64,000 bases of DNA from Macrostomum lignano (taxonomy: Eukaryota). Below, in pieces: positions 43,471 to 58,700 of this stretch. A model generated the notes under the pieces. It searched no databases. It was given only the letters and a program-made list of their open reading frames with translations, and was not told the origin of the DNA. Location: assembly GCA_002269645.1 (NCBI GenBank), contig NIVC01000421.1, forward strand, positions 310,001 to 374,000, in the 5' to 3' direction. The translations under genes were made by a program, and so were the position numbers. Position 1 is the stretch's first letter; each line of letters opens with the position of its first letter.

Positions 43471-44321
43471 CTAACTCCTTTTGAACTTTTTTGTTTGTCT
43501 TGGTGCTTTGCCGTGTCAGCGCCTTAGGGTTTGGAGGCTCTCCCTCTCTCTCCCTCTCTCCCTCTCTCTTTCCCTCTCTCTCCCTCTCTCTCCCTCTCTC
43601 CCTCTCTCTCTCTGCCTCTCCTTACCCTCTCCCTCTTTCTCTCCCACTCCCTCTTCATCTCCCCATCTCCATTTCCTTCTAGCTCTGCAGCTCCTCCCTT
43701 CCGCAGCTCATCTGTTGCCCTATCTTTTTGTAATCAGCTCCTCAAAGCAATCCTGTGCCAGAGAATTTCTTTTTGCTAAAATTTCATCGAGCAATGATGC
43801 AATAAATGCAAGCCCAAAATGGTCCTGTGAATAATTTTCACAATGCATTCCATTCTTTTGTACTGATGGTCAATAATAAAATACAAAAGGCACAGTTCTC
43901 AACAGCTGGTGTACGTGCCGTATCGCGATTAATACTATAAAATATGGGCCAGCATCAAAGTGCCGTCTCTTCATCATCATTATCTACCTTGGTGTTGACT
44001 CAAGCTTCTCGGGCCTGAGCAGGTTAGCTAACTAATCTGCAGATCTGTCTGATGTGATGAGACCACACACGAATATGCAAGCTGGCACAGGACCTGCATG
44101 CAAGTAAATTCTCGTCGGAATATAAGCACTGCAATCTATTGACACAGAATAAGAATTTTTTATGGCTCTGATGAGCTGTGCCATATATAGGGGCTTGTCT
44201 TACTTGCTTGGCAATCGCTTGTTAATAATAAGCGAAGACTATATTCTGTCTTCAGTACTGACTTATTCCATGTCTAACACTAGATAGACACACCATTACA
44301 GCCTTTTCCGCCCCATCAGTC

Positions 44322-45352
44322 CTTGAGAATCTGACTCTCAGCTCCATCAGTCTTTGAGGATCTGCCACTCCGCTCCATCAGTCTCTGAGGATCTGAATCT
44401 CAGCTCCATCAGTCTTTGAGGATCTGACTCTCAGCTCCATCAGTCTTTGAGGATCTGAATCTCAGCTCCATCAGTCTTTGAGGATTTGAATCTCAGGATC
44501 TGAATCTCAGCTCCATCAGTCTCTGAGGATCTGAATCTCAGCTCCATCAGTCTTTGAGGATCTGAATCTCAGGATCTGAATCTCAGCTCCATCAGTCTTT
44601 GAGGATCTGAATCTCAGGATCTGAATCTCAGCTCCATCAGTCTTTGAGGATCTGAATCTCAGGATCTGAATCTCAGCTCCATCAGTCTTTGAGGATCTGA
44701 ATCTCAGGATCTGAATCTCAGCTCCATCAGTCTTTGAGGATCTGAATCTCAGGATCTGAATCTCAGCTCCATCAATCTTTGAGGATCTGACTCTCAGCTC
44801 CATCAGTCTTTGAGGATCTGAATCTCAGCTCCATCAGTCTTTGAGGATCTGAATCTCAGGATCTGAATCTCAGCTCCATCAGTCTTTGAGGATCTGAATC
44901 TCAGCTCCATCAGTCTCTGAGGATCTGAATCTCAGCTCCATCAGTCTTTGAGGATCTGAATCTCAGGATCTGAATCTCAGCTCCATCAGTCTTTGAGGAT
45001 CTGAATCTCAGGATCTGAATCTCAGCTCCATCAGTCTTTGAGGATCTGAATCTCAGGATCTGAATCTCAGCTCCATCAGTCTTTGAGGATCTGAATCTCA
45101 GGATCTGAATCTCAGCTCCATCAGTCTTTGAGGATCTGAATCTCAGGATCTGAATCTCAGCTCCATCAATCTTTGAGGATCTGACTCTCAGCTCCATCAG
45201 TCTTTGAGGATCTGAATCTCAGCTCCATCAGTCTTTGAGGATCTGAATCTCAGGATCTGAATCTCAGCTCCATCAGTCTTTGAGGATCTGAATCTCAGCT
45301 CCATCAGTCTCTGAGGATCTGAATCTCAGCTCCATCAGTCTTTGAGGATCTG
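44322..45352 (+). repeat. Composite 31-bp + 14-bp (45-bp) minisatellite with a 394-bp internal duplication
   Basis: CTCAGCTCCATCAGTCTTTGAGGATCTGAAT plus CTCAGGATCTGAAT; identical ORFs at 44516 and 44910. Confidence 0.94.
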
Positions 45353-45829
45353 CTTCTCCCTCATCAAGTTTTTGTTTTTTTACAATTTTTGTTTTCTTTC
45401 AAGTTTTTGTTCAGTATTTCACAAACAAAGGACAAAAGGTGGCCGTAAAATGTTTCAATACCTACTAAGCAGCAACTAAGTAGTAAGTCGAAAACGTCAG
45501 CTTTGAATTGAGAATACAGTTCTATAGGTTAGGTTTATAAAAATCTTTGCATTGGAGTTGCTAAAACATTGGAATTTACTTTCTGGGAGAATTCTGGTTG
45601 CGGCCAGCAGTTTGTAATCGTTTGGCAAACGTTTCAATTCGTAGCTTTAAAGTTTTATGAGCCAAATAATTAACTTAAATTCTTGGATTTTGTTTTAACT
45701 GTACTCACTACTAGCTAATTTAAATAGGGCAATGTAAAGCGAACTAGTGCGCAAAGTGAACAGAGAATGTATACGTGGATCCTGAAGTAAACACAGCTAG
45801 TGTTTAGTTTCGGGTTTAGTTTGTTAGTT

Positions 45830-46215
<386 letters not shown>

Positions 46216-46758
46216 TTAAAAATTGCAATAATTAATTATTTAACATTTCATTAGCAAAATAAATATATACCTTTATTTTCACTTCTCACTTTCAGGAAAT
46301 AAAATCCTGGTTATGGTAATTCCCAGCAGTTATGGTAATTCCTGTCTAAGCTCACTGCCATATTTACAAAAGGAGGTCGAGCGAAGCCAAGGATCGAATA
46401 TTTATTTGTGACTTTTTGATTTAACCGAATGCAGATTTATTCAACTGCTGCAGAAGTTATTATCGCTAAATTTGGCAGATATAAAAATCAGAGAAAGAGC
46501 ACATTGTAGTTCTGCTTATCTTATCTCTATTGGTTAGCGCTTTCTCATTTGGACTTCAACTGAACTGGTTGCTAGGGCGGGGGTGCCATGTAAATCTCAG
46601 AGCCACTCTCACCAGAGTCCTGAAACTTTAAAAGCAAATAAAAATAATTTCAGTCTGAACTGTTTGCAAGAACCTGCATGCAACCATGTGCGCTCTCTGA
46701 ATTATTTGGCCAGATCTGCTTTTTAGAAATTTAACATTCCGCTTTGTGCGAGAAGACA

Positions 46759-46779
46759 ATGGCCAAGGATAGACAAGAG
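46759..46779 (+). CDS. Tentative SLC6 first coding exon (MAKDRQE)
   Basis: ATG followed by GAG|GTAACT, phase 0, joins ESGTAEETEQK at 60420. A short exon, so weak support. Confidence 0.5.
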
Positions 46780-49700
46780 GTAACTGTTTAAGTTGATCAT
46801 TCCAAAAGAATTGGGGAATTAGACTGAGAGAGAGAATGGGGAATTAGGCTGACAGAGAATTGGGAAATAGACTGACAGAGAATGGGGAATTAGATTGGGA
46901 GAGAATGGGGAATTAGACTGAGAGAGAATGGGGAATTAGACTGAGAGAGAATGGGGAATTAGACTGAGAGAGAGCGAATGGGGAATTAGACTGAGAGAGA
47001 ATGGGAAATTAGACTGAGAGAGAGCGAATGGGGAATTAGACTGAGAGAGAGCGAATGGGGAATTAGACTGACAGAGAATGGGGAATTAGATTGAGAGAGA
47101 GAGAATGGGGAATTAGACTGAGAGAGAATGGGAAATTAGACTGAGAGAGAGTGTGGGGAATTCGACAGAGACAATGGAGAATTAGACTCAGAGAGAGAAC
47201 GGGGAATGAGACTGAGAGAGAATGGGGAATTAGACTGAGAGAGAATGGGGAATTAGACTGAGAGAGAAAGAATGGGGAATTAGACTGAGAGAGAGTAAAT
47301 GGGGAATTAGACTGACAGAGAATGGGGAATTAGACTGAGAGAGAATGGGGAATTAGACTGAGAGACAGAGAATGAAGAATTAGACTGAGAGAGAGTAAAT
47401 GGGGAATTAGACTGACAGAGAATGGGGAATTAGACTGAGAGAGAGTAAATAGGGAATTAGACTGACAGAGAATGGGGAATTAGACTGAGAGAGAGAGAAT
47501 GGGGAATTAGACTGAGAGAGAGAGAATGGGGAATTAGACTGACAGAGAATGGGGAATTAGACTAAGAGAGAGAATGGGGAATATGACTGACAGAGAATTG
47601 GGAATTAGACTGAGAGAGAATGGGGAATTAGACTGAGAGAGAGTGTGGGGAATTCGAAAGAGACAATGGAGAATTAGACTCAGAAAGAGAATGGGGAATG
47701 AGACTGAGAGAGAAAGAATGGGGAATTAGACTAAGAGAGAGTAAATGGGGAATTAGACTGACAGAGAATGGGGAATTAGACTGAGAGAGAATGGGGAATT
47801 AGACTGAGAGAGAGAGAATGAAGAATTAGACTGAGAGAGAGTAAATGGGGAATTAGACTGACAGAGAATGGGGAATTAGACTGAGAGAGAGTAAATAGGG
47901 AATTAGACTGACAGAGAATGGGGAATTAGACTGAGAGAGAGAGAATGGGGAATTAGACTGAGAGAGAGAGAATGGGGAATTCGACTGACAGAGAATGGGG
48001 AATTAGACTAAGAGAGAGAATGGGGAATATGACTGACAGAGAATTGGGAATTAGACTGAGAGAGAATGGGGAATTAGACTAAGAGAGAGAATGGGGAATA
48101 TGACTGACAGAGAATTGGGAATTAGACTGAGAGAGAATGGGGAATTAGACTGAGAGAGAGAATGGGGAATTAGACTGACAGAGAATGGGGAATTAGACTG
48201 AGAGAGAATGGGGAATTAGACTGAGAGAGAATGGGGAATTAGACTGAGAGAGAGAGAATGGGGAATTAGACTGAGAGAGAGAGAATGGGGAATTAGACTG
48301 ACAGAGAATGGGGAATTAGACTAAGAGAGAGAATGGGGAATATGACTGACAGAGAATTGGGAATTAGACTGAGAGAGAATGGGGAATTAGACTGAGAGAG
48401 AGTGTGGGGAATTCGACAGAGACAATGGAGAATTAGACTCAGAAAGAGAATGGGGAATGAGACTGAGAGAGAATGGGGAATTAGACTGAGAGAGAATGGG
48501 GAATTAGACTGAGAGAGAGTGAATGGGGAAATCAGACTGAGAGAGAGTGAATGGGGAATTAGACTGACAGAGAATGGGGAATTAGACTGAGAGAGAGAAT
48601 GGGGAATTAGACTGAGAGAGAATGGGGAATTAGACTGACAGAGAATGGGGAATTAGACTAAGAGAGAGAATGGGGAATAAGACTGACAGAGAATTGGGAA
48701 TTAGACTGAGAGAGAATGGGGAATTAGACTGAGAGAGAGTGTGGGGAATTCGACAGAGACAATGGAAAAATAGACTCAGAGAGAGAATGGGGAATGAGAC
48801 TGAGAGAGAATGGGGAATTAGACTGAGAGAGAGAATGGGGAATGAGACTGCGAGAGAATGGGGAATTAGACTGAGAGAGAGAGAATGGGGAATTAGACTG
48901 AGAGAGAGTGAATGGGGAATTAGACTGACAGAGAATGGGGAATTAGACTGAGAGAGAGAATTGGGAATTAGACTGAGAGAGAATGGGGAATTAGACTGAC
49001 AGAGAATTGGGAATTAAAATGAGAGAGAATGGGGAAGAAGACTCAGAGAGAGTGTGGGGAATTCGACAGAGACAATGGAGAATTAGACTCAGAGAGAGAA
49101 TGGGGAATGAGACTGAGAGAGAATGGGGAATTAGACTGAGAGAGAATGGGGAATTAGACTAAGAGAGAGAGAATGGGGAATTAGACTGAGAGAGAGTAAA
49201 TGGGGAATTAGACTGACAGAGAATGGGGAATTAGACTGAGAGAGAATGGGGAATTAGACTGAGAGAGAGAGAATGGGGAATTAGACTGAGAGAGAGAGTA
49301 AATGGGGAATTAGACTGACAGAGAATGGGGAATTAGACTGAGAGAGAGTAAATGGGGAATTAGACTGACAGAGAATAGGGAATTAGACTGAGAGAGAGAA
49401 TGGGGAATGAGACTGAGAGAGAATGGGGAATTAGACTGAGAGAGAATGTGGAATTAGTCTGAGAGAGAGAGAATGGGGAATTAGACTGAGAGAGAGAGAA
49501 TGGGGAATTAGACTGACAGAGAATGGGGAATTAGACTAAGAGAGAGAATGGGGAATATGACTGACAGAGAATTGGGAATTAGACTGACAGAGAATTGGGA
49601 ATTAGACTGAGAGAGAATGGGGAATTAGACTGAGAGAGAGTGTGGGGAATTCGACAGAGACAATGGAGAATTAGACTCAGAAAGAGAATGGGGAATGAGA

Positions 49701-52700
49701 CTGAGAGAGAATGGGGAATTAGACTGAGAGAGAATGGGGAATTAGACTGAGAGAGAGAGAATGGGGAATTAGACTGAGAGAGAGTAAATGGGGAATTAGA
49801 CTGACAGAGAATGGGGAATTAGACTGAGAGAGAGAATGGGGAATTAGACTGAGAGAGAATGGGGAATTACACTGACAGAGAATGGGGAATAAGACTGACA
49901 GAGAATTGGGAATTAGACTGAGAGAGAATGGGGAATTAGACTGAGAGAGAGTGTGGGGAATTCGACAGAGACAATGGAGAAATAGACTCAGAGAGAGAAT
50001 GGGGAATGAGACTGAGAGAGAATGGGGAATTAGACTGAGAGAGAGAATGGGGAATGAGACTGAGAGAGAGAATGGGGAATGAGACTGAGAGAGAATGGGG
50101 AATTAGACTGAGAGAGAATGGGGAATTAGACTGAGAGAGAATGGGTAATTAGACTGAGAGAGAGAGAATGGGGAATTAGACTGAGAGAGAGTGAATGGGG
50201 AATTAGACTGACAGAGAATGGGGAATTAGACTGAGAGAGAGAATGGGGAATTAGACTGAGAGAGAATTGGGAATTAGACTGACAGAGAATGGGGAATAAG
50301 ACTCAGAGAGAGAATGGGGAATTAGACTGAGAGAGAGTGTGGGGAATTCGAAAGAGACAATGGAGAATTAGACTCAGAAAGAGAATGGGGAATGAGACTG
50401 AGAGAGAAAGAATGGGGAATTAGACTAAGAGAGAGTAAATGGGGAATTAGACTGACAGAGAATGGGGAATTAGACTGAGAGAGAATGGGGAATTAGACTG
50501 AGAGAGAGAGAATGAAGAATTAGACTGAGAGAGAGTAAATGGGGAATTAGACTGACAGAGAATGGGGAATTAGACTGAGAGAGAGTAAATAGGGAATTAG
50601 ACTGACAGAGAATGGGGAATTAGACTGAGAGAGAGAGAATGGGGAATTAGACTGAGAGAGAGAGAATGGGGAATTCGACTGACAGAGAATGGGGAATTAG
50701 ACTAAGAGAGAGAATGGGGAATATGACTGACAGAGAATTGGGAATTAGACTGAGAGAGAATGGGGAATTAGACTAAGAGAGAGAATGGGGAATATGACTG
50801 ACAGAGAATTGGGAATTAGACTGAGAGAGAATGGGGAATTAGACTGAGAGAGAGAATGGGGAATTAGACTGACAGAGAATGGGGAATTAGACTGAGAGAG
50901 AATGGGGAATTAGACTGAGAGAGAATGGGGAATTAGACTGAGAGAGAGAGAGAATGGGGAATTAGACTGAGAGAGAGAGAATGGGGAATTAGACTGACAG
51001 AGAATGGGGAATTAGACTAAGAGAGAGAATGGGGAATATGACTGACAGAGAATTGGGAATTAGACTGAGAGAGAATGGGGAATTAGACTGAGAGAGAGTG
51101 TGGGGAATTCGACAGAGACAATGGAGAATTAGACTCAGAAAGAGAATGGGGAATGAGACTGAGAGAGAATGGGGAATTAGACTGAGAGAGAATGGGGAAT
51201 TAGACTGAGAGAGAGTGAATGGGGAAATCAGACTGAGAGAGAGTGAATGGGGAATTAGACTGACAGAGAATGGGGAATTAGACTGAGAGAGAGAATGGGG
51301 AATTAGACTGAGAGAGAATGGGGAATTAGACTGACAGAGAATGGGGAATTAGACTAAGAGAGAGAATGGGGAATAAGACTGACAGAGAATTGGGAATTAG
51401 ACTGAGAGAGAATGGGGAATTAGACTGAGAGAGAGTGTGGGGAATTCGACAGAGACAATGGAAAAATAGACTCAGAGAGAGAATGGGGAATGAGACTGAG
51501 AGAGAATGGGGAATTAGACTGAGAGAGAGAATGGGGAATGAGACTGCGAGAGAATGGGGAATTAGACTGAGAGAGAGAGAATGGGGAATTAGACTGAGAG
51601 AGAGTGAATGGGGAATTAGACTGACAGAGAATGGGGAATTAGACTGAGAGAGAGAATTGGGAATTAGACTGAGAGAGAATGGGGAATTAGACTGACAGAG
51701 AATTGGGAATTAAAATGAGAGAGAATGGGGAATAAGACTCAGAGAGAGTGTGGGGAATTCGACAGAGACAATGGAGAATTAGACTCAGAGAGAGAATGGG
51801 GAATGAGACTGAGAGAGAATGGGGAATTAGACTGAGAGAGAATGGGGAATTAGACTAAGAGAGAGAGAATGGGGAATTAGACTGAGAGAGAGTAAATGGG
51901 GAATTAGACTGACAGAGAATGGGGAATTAGACTGAGAGAGAATGGGGAATTAGACTGAGAGAGAGAGAATGGGGAATTAGACTGAGAGAGAGAGTAAATG
52001 GGGAATTAGACTGACAGAGAATGGGGAATTAGACTGAGAGAGAGTAAATGGGAATTAGACTGACAGAGAATAGGGAATTAGACTGAGAGAGAGAATGGGG
52101 AATGAGACTGAGAGAGAATGGGGAATTAGACTGAGAGAGAATGTGGAATTAGTCTGAGAGAGAGAGAATGGGGAATTAGACTGAGAGAGAGAGAATGGGG
52201 AATTAGACTGACAGAGAATGGGGAATTAGACTAAGAGAGAGAATGGGGAATATGACTGACAGAGAATTGGGAATTAGACTGACAGAGAATTGGGAATTAG
52301 ACTGAGAGAGAATGGGGAATTAGACTGAGAGAGAGTGTGGGGAATTCGACAGAGACAATGGAGAATTAGACTCAGAAAGAGAATGGGGAATGAGACTGAG
52401 AGAGAATGGGGAATTAGACTGAGAGAGAATGGGGAATTAGACTGAGAGAGAGAGAATGGGGAATTAGACTGAGAGAGAGTAAATGGGGAATTAGACTGAC
52501 AGAGAATGGGGAATTAGACTGAGAGAGAGAATGGGGAATTAGACTGAGAGAGAATGGGGAATTACACTGACAGAGAATGGGGAATAAGACTGACAGAGAA
52601 TTGGGAATTAGACTGAGAGAGAATGGGGAATTAGACTGAGAGAGAGTGTGGGGAATTCGACAGAGACAATGGAGAAATAGACTCAGAGAGAGAATGGGGA

Positions 52701-55700
52701 ATGAGACTGAGAGAGAATGGGGAATTAGACTGAGAGAGAGAATGGGGAATGAGACTGAGAGAGAGAATGGGGAATGAGACTGAGAGAGAATGGGGAATTA
52801 GACTGAGAGAGAATGGGGAATTAGACTGAGAGAGAATGGGTAATTAGACTGAGAGAGAGTGAATGGGGAAATCAGACTGAGAGAGAGTGAATGGGGAATT
52901 AGACTGACAGAGAATGGGGAATTAGACTGAGAGAGAGAATGGGGAATTAGACTGAGAGAGAATGGGGAATTAGACTGACAGAGAATGGGGAATTAGACTA
53001 AGAGAGAGAATGGGGAATAAGACTGACAGAGAATTGGGAATTAGACTGAGAGAGAATGGGGAATTAGACTGAGAGAGAGTGTGGGGAATTCGACAGAGAC
53101 AATGGAAAATAGACTCAGAGAGAGAATGGGGAATGAGACTGAGAGAGAATGGGGAATTAGACTGAGAGAGAGAATGGGGAATGAGACTGCGAGAGAATGG
53201 GGAATTAGACTGAGAGAGAGAGAATGGGGAATTAGACTGAGAGAGAGTAAATGGGGAATTAGACTGACAGAGAATGGGGAATTAGACTGAGAGAGAGAAT
53301 TGGGAATTAGACTGAGAGAGAATGGGGAATTAGACTGACAGAGAATTGGGAATTAAAATGAGAGAGAATGGGGAATAAGACTCAGAGAGAGTGTGGGGAA
53401 TTCGACAGAGACAATGGAGAATTAGACTCAGAGAGAGAATGGGGAATGAGACTGAGAGAGAATGGGGAATTAGACTGAGAGAGAATGGGGAATTAGACTA
53501 AGAGAGAGAGAATGGGGAATTAGACTGAGAGAGAGTAAATGGGGAATTAGACTGACAGAGAATGGGGAATTAGACTGAGAGAGAATGGGGAATTAGACTG
53601 AGAGAGAGAGAATGGGGAATTAGACTGAGAGAGAGAGTAAATGGGGAAATTAGACTGACAGAGAATGGGGAATTAGACTGAGAGAGAGTAAATGGGGAAT
53701 TAGACTGACAGAGAATAGGGAATTAGACTGAGAGAGAGAATGGGGAATGAGACTGAGAGAGAATGGGGAATTAGACTGAGAGAGAATGTGGAATTAGTCT
53801 GAGAGAGAGAGAATGGGGAATTAGACTGAGAGAGAGAGAATGGGGAATTAGACTGACAGAGAATGGGGAATTAGACTAAGAGAGAGAATGGGGAATATGA
53901 CTGACAGAGAATTGGGAATTAGACTGACAGAGAATTGGGAATTAGACTGAGAGAGAATGGGGAATTAGACTGAGAGAGAGTGTGGGGAATTCGACAGAGA
54001 CAATGGAGAATTAGACTCAGAAAGAGAATGGGGAATGAGACTGAGAGAGAATGGGGAATTAGACTGAGAGAGAATGGGGAATTAGACTGAGAGAGAGAGA
54101 ATGGGGAATTAGACTGAGAGAGAGTAAATGGGGAATTAGACTGACAGAGAATGGGGAATTAGACTGAGAGAGAGAATGGGGAATTAGACTGAGAGAGAAT
54201 GGGGAATTACACTGACAGAGAATGGGGAATAAGACTGACAGAGAATTGGGAATTAGACTGAGAGAGAATGGGGAATTAGACTGAGAGAGAGTGTGGGGAA
54301 TTCGACAGAGACAATGGAGAAATAGACTCAGAGAGAGAATGGGGAATGAGACTGAGAGAGAATGGGGAATTAGACTGAGAGAGAGAATGGGGAATGAGAC
54401 TGAGAGAGAGAATGGGGAATGAGACTGAGAGAGAATGGGGAATTAGACTGAGAGAGAATGGGGAATTAGACTGAGAGAGAATGGGTAATTAGACTGAGAG
54501 AGAGAGAATGGGGAATTAGACTGAGAGAGAGTGAATGGGGAATTAGACTGACAGAGAATGGGGAATTAGACTGAGAGAGAGAATGGGGAATTAGACTGAG
54601 AGAGAATGGGGAATTAGACTGACAGAGAATTGGGAATTAGACTGACAGAGAATGGGGAATAAGACTCAGAGAGAGAATGGGGAATTAGACTGAGAGAGAA
54701 TGGGGAATTAGACTGAGAGAGAGAGAATGGGGAATTAGACTGAGAGAGAGTAAATGGGGAATTAGACTGAGAGAGAATGGGGAATTAGACTGAGAGAGAA
54801 TGGAGAATTAGACTGAGAGAGAGAGAATGGGGAATTAGACTGAGAGAGAGTAAATGGGGAATTAGACTAAGAGAGAGAATGGGGAATAAGACTGACAGAG
54901 AATTGGGAATTAGACTGAGAGAGAATGGGGAATTAGACTGAGAAAGAGTGTGGGGAATTCGACAGAGACAATGGAGAAATAGACTCAGAGAGAGAATGGG
55001 GAATGAGACTGAGAGAGAATGGGGAATTAGACTGAGAGAGAGTAAATGGGGAATTAGACTGAGAGAGAGAATGGGGAATGAGACTGAGAGAGAATGGGGA
55101 ATTAGACTGAGAGAGAATGGGGAATTAGACTGAGAGAGAATGGGGAATTAGACTGAGAGAGAGAGAATGGGGAATTAGACTGAGAGAGAGTGAATGGGGA
55201 ATTAGACTGACAGAGAATGGGGAATTAGACTGAGAGAGAGAATGGGGAATTAGACTGAGAGAGAATAGGGAATTAGACTGACAGAGAATTGGGAATTAGA
55301 CTGAGAGAGAATGGGGAATAAGACTGAGAGAGAGTGTGGGGAATTCGACAGAGACAATGGAGAATTAGACTCAGAGAGAGAATGGGGAATGAGACTGAGA
55401 GAGAATGGGGAATTAGACTGAGAGAGAATGGGGAATTAGACTGAGAGAGAGAGAATGGGGAATTAGACTGAGAGAGATTAAATGGGGAATTAGACTGACA
55501 GAGAATGGGGAATTAGACTGAGAGAGAATGGGGAATTAGACTGAGAGAGAGAGAATGGGGAATTAGACTGAGAGAGAGTAAATGGGGAATTAGACTGACA
55601 GAGAAGGGGGAATTAGACTGAGAGAGAGAATGGGGAATGAGACTGAGAGAGAATGGGGAATTAGACTGAGAGAGAATGTGGAATTAGACTGAGAGAGAGA

Positions 55701-58700
55701 GAATGGGGAATTAGACTGACAGAGAATGGGGAATTAGACTAAGAGAGAATGGGGAATATGACTGACAGAGAATGGGGAATTAGACTGAGAGAGAATGGGG
55801 AATTAGACTGAGAGAGAGAGAATGGGGAATTAGACTGAGAGAGAGTAAATGGGGAATTAGACTGACAGAGAAGGGGGAATTAGACTGAGAGAGAGAATGG
55901 GGAATGAGACTGAGAGAGAATGGGGAATTAGACTGAGAGAGAATGTGGAATTAGACTGAGAGAGAGAGAATGGGGAATTAGACTGACAGAGAATGGGGAA
56001 TTAGACTAAGAGAGAATGGGGAATATGACTGACAGAGAATTGGGAATTAGACTGAGAGAGAATGGGGAATTAGACTGAGAGAGAGTGTGGGGAATTCGAC
56101 AGAGACAATGGAGAATTAGACTCAGAAAGAGAATGGGGAATGAGACTGAGAGAGAATGGGGAATTAGACTGAGAGAAAATGGGGAATTAGACTAAGAGAG
56201 AGAATGGGGAATTAGACTGAGAGAGAGTAAATGGGGAATTAGACTGACAGAGAATGGGGAATTAGACTGAGAGAGAGAATGGGGAATTAGACTGAGAGAG
56301 AATGGGGAATGAGACTGAGAGAGAATGGGGAATTAGACTGAGAGAGAGAGAATGGGGAATTAGACTGAGAGAGATTAAATGGGGAATTAGACTGACAGAG
56401 AATGGGGAATTAGACTGAGAGAGAATGGGGAATTAGACTGAGAGAGAGAGAATGGGGAATTAGACTGAGAGAGAGAGTAAATGGGGAATTAGACTGACAG
56501 AGAATGGGGAATTAGACTGAGAGAGAGTAAATGGGGAATTAGACTGACAGAGAAGGGGGAATTAGACTGAGAGAGAGAATGGGGAATGAGACTGAGAGAG
56601 AATGGGGAATTAGACTGAGAGAGAATGTGGAATTAGACTGAGAGAGAGAGAATGGGGAATTAGACTGACAGAGAATGTGGAATTAGACTAAGAGAGAATG
56701 GGGAATATGACTGACAGAGAATTGGGAATTAGACTGAGAGAGAATGGGGAATTAGACTGAGAGAGAGTGTGGGGAATTCGACAGAGACAATGGAGAATTA
56801 GACTCAGAAAGAGAATGGGGAATGAGACTAAGAGAGAATGGGGAATTAGACTGAGAGAGAATGGGGAATTAGACTGAGAGAGAGAGAATGGGGAATTGGA
56901 CTGAGAGAGAGTAAATGGGGAATTAGACTGACAGAGAATGGGGAATTAGACTGACAGAGAATGGGGAATTAGACTGAGAGAGAGAATGGGGAATTAGACT
57001 GAGAGAGAATGGGGAATTAGACTGACAGAGAATTGGTAATTATACTGACAGAGAATTGGGAATTAGACGGAGAGAGAATGGGGAATTAGACTGAGAGAGA
57101 GTGTGGGGAATTCGACAGAGACAATGGAGAAATAGACTCAGAGAGAGAATGGGGAATGAGACTGAGAGAGAATGGGGAATTAGACTGAGAGAGAGAATGG
57201 GGAATGAGACTGAGAGAGAGAATGGGGAATGAGACTGAGAGAGAATGGGGAATTAGACTGAGAGAGAATGGGGAATTAGACTGAGAGAGAATGGGTAATT
57301 AGACTGAGAGAGAGAGAATGGGGAATTAGACTGAGAGAGAGTGAATGGGGAATTAGACTGACAGAGAATGGGGAATTAGACTGAGAGAGAGAATGGGGAA
57401 TTAGACTGAGAGAGAGCGAATGGGGAATTAGACTGACAGAGAATGGGAATTAGACTGAGAGAGAGGGAATTAGACTGAGAGAGAATGGGAATTAGACTGA
57501 GAGAGAGTGTGGGGAATTCGAGAGAGACAATGGAGAATTAGACTCAGAGAGAGAATGGGGAATGAGACTGAGAGAGAATGGGAATTAGACTGAGAGAGAG
57601 AATGGGGAATTAGACTGAGAGAGAGAGAATGGGGAATTAGACTGAGAGAGAGTAAATGGGGAATTAGACTGACAGAGAATGGGAATTAGACTGAGAGAGA
57701 ATGGGGAATTAGACTGAGAGAGAGAATGGGGAATTAGACTGAGAGAGAGTAAATGGGGAATTAGACTGACAGAGAATGGGGAATTAGACTGAGAGAGAGT
57801 AAATGGGGAATTAGACTGACAGAGAAGGGGGAATTAGACTGAGAGAGAGAATGGGGAATGAGACTGAGAGAGAATGGGGAATTAGACTGAGAGAGAATGT
57901 GGAATTAGACTGAGAGAGAGAGAATGGGGAATTAGACTGAGAGAGAGTGAATGGGGAATTAGACTGACAGAGAATGGGGAATTAGACTAAGAGAGAGAAT
58001 GGGGAATATGACTGACAGAGAATTGGGAATTAGACTGAGAGAGAATGGGGAATTAGACTGAGAGAGAGTGTGGGGAATTCGACAGAGACAATGGAGAATT
58101 AGACTCAGAAAGAGAATGGGGAATGAGACTGAGAGAGAATGGGGAATTAGACTGAGAGAGAATGGGGAATTAGACTGAGAGAGAGAGAATGGGGAATTAG
58201 ACTGAGAGAGAGTAAATGGGGAATTAGACTGACAGAGAATGGGAATTAGACTGACAGAGAATGGGGAATTAGACTGAGAGAGAGAATGGGGAATTAGACT
58301 GAGAGAGAATGGGGAATTAGACTGACAGAGAATTGGGAATTATACTGACAGAGAATTGGGAATTAGACGGAGAGAGAATGGGGAATTAGACTGAGAGAGA
58401 GTGTTGGGAATTCGACAGAGACAATGGAGAAATAGACTCAGAGAGAGAATGGGGAATGAGACTGAGAGAGAATGGGGAATTAGACTGAGAGAGAGAATGG
58501 GGAATGAGACTGAGAGAGAGAATGGGGAATGAGACTGAGAGAGAATGGGGAATTAGACTGAGAGAGAATGGGGAATTAGACTGAGAGAGAATGGGTAATT
58601 AGACTGAGAGAGAGAGAATGGGGAATTAGACTGAGAGAGAGTGAATGGGGAATTAGACTGACAGAGAATGGGGAATTAGACTGAGAGAGAGAATGGGGAA

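Noticed and set aside
41947-43834. Glu/Arg/Gly-rich and Ser/Leu/Pro-rich ORFs
   Set aside because: Translations of CT/GA microsatellite.
44168-44260. CTGATGAG...GCGAAGAC as a second hammerhead (also CTGATGAGG at about 12866)
   Set aside because: No GAAA...UH core in the right register and no stem I complementarity.
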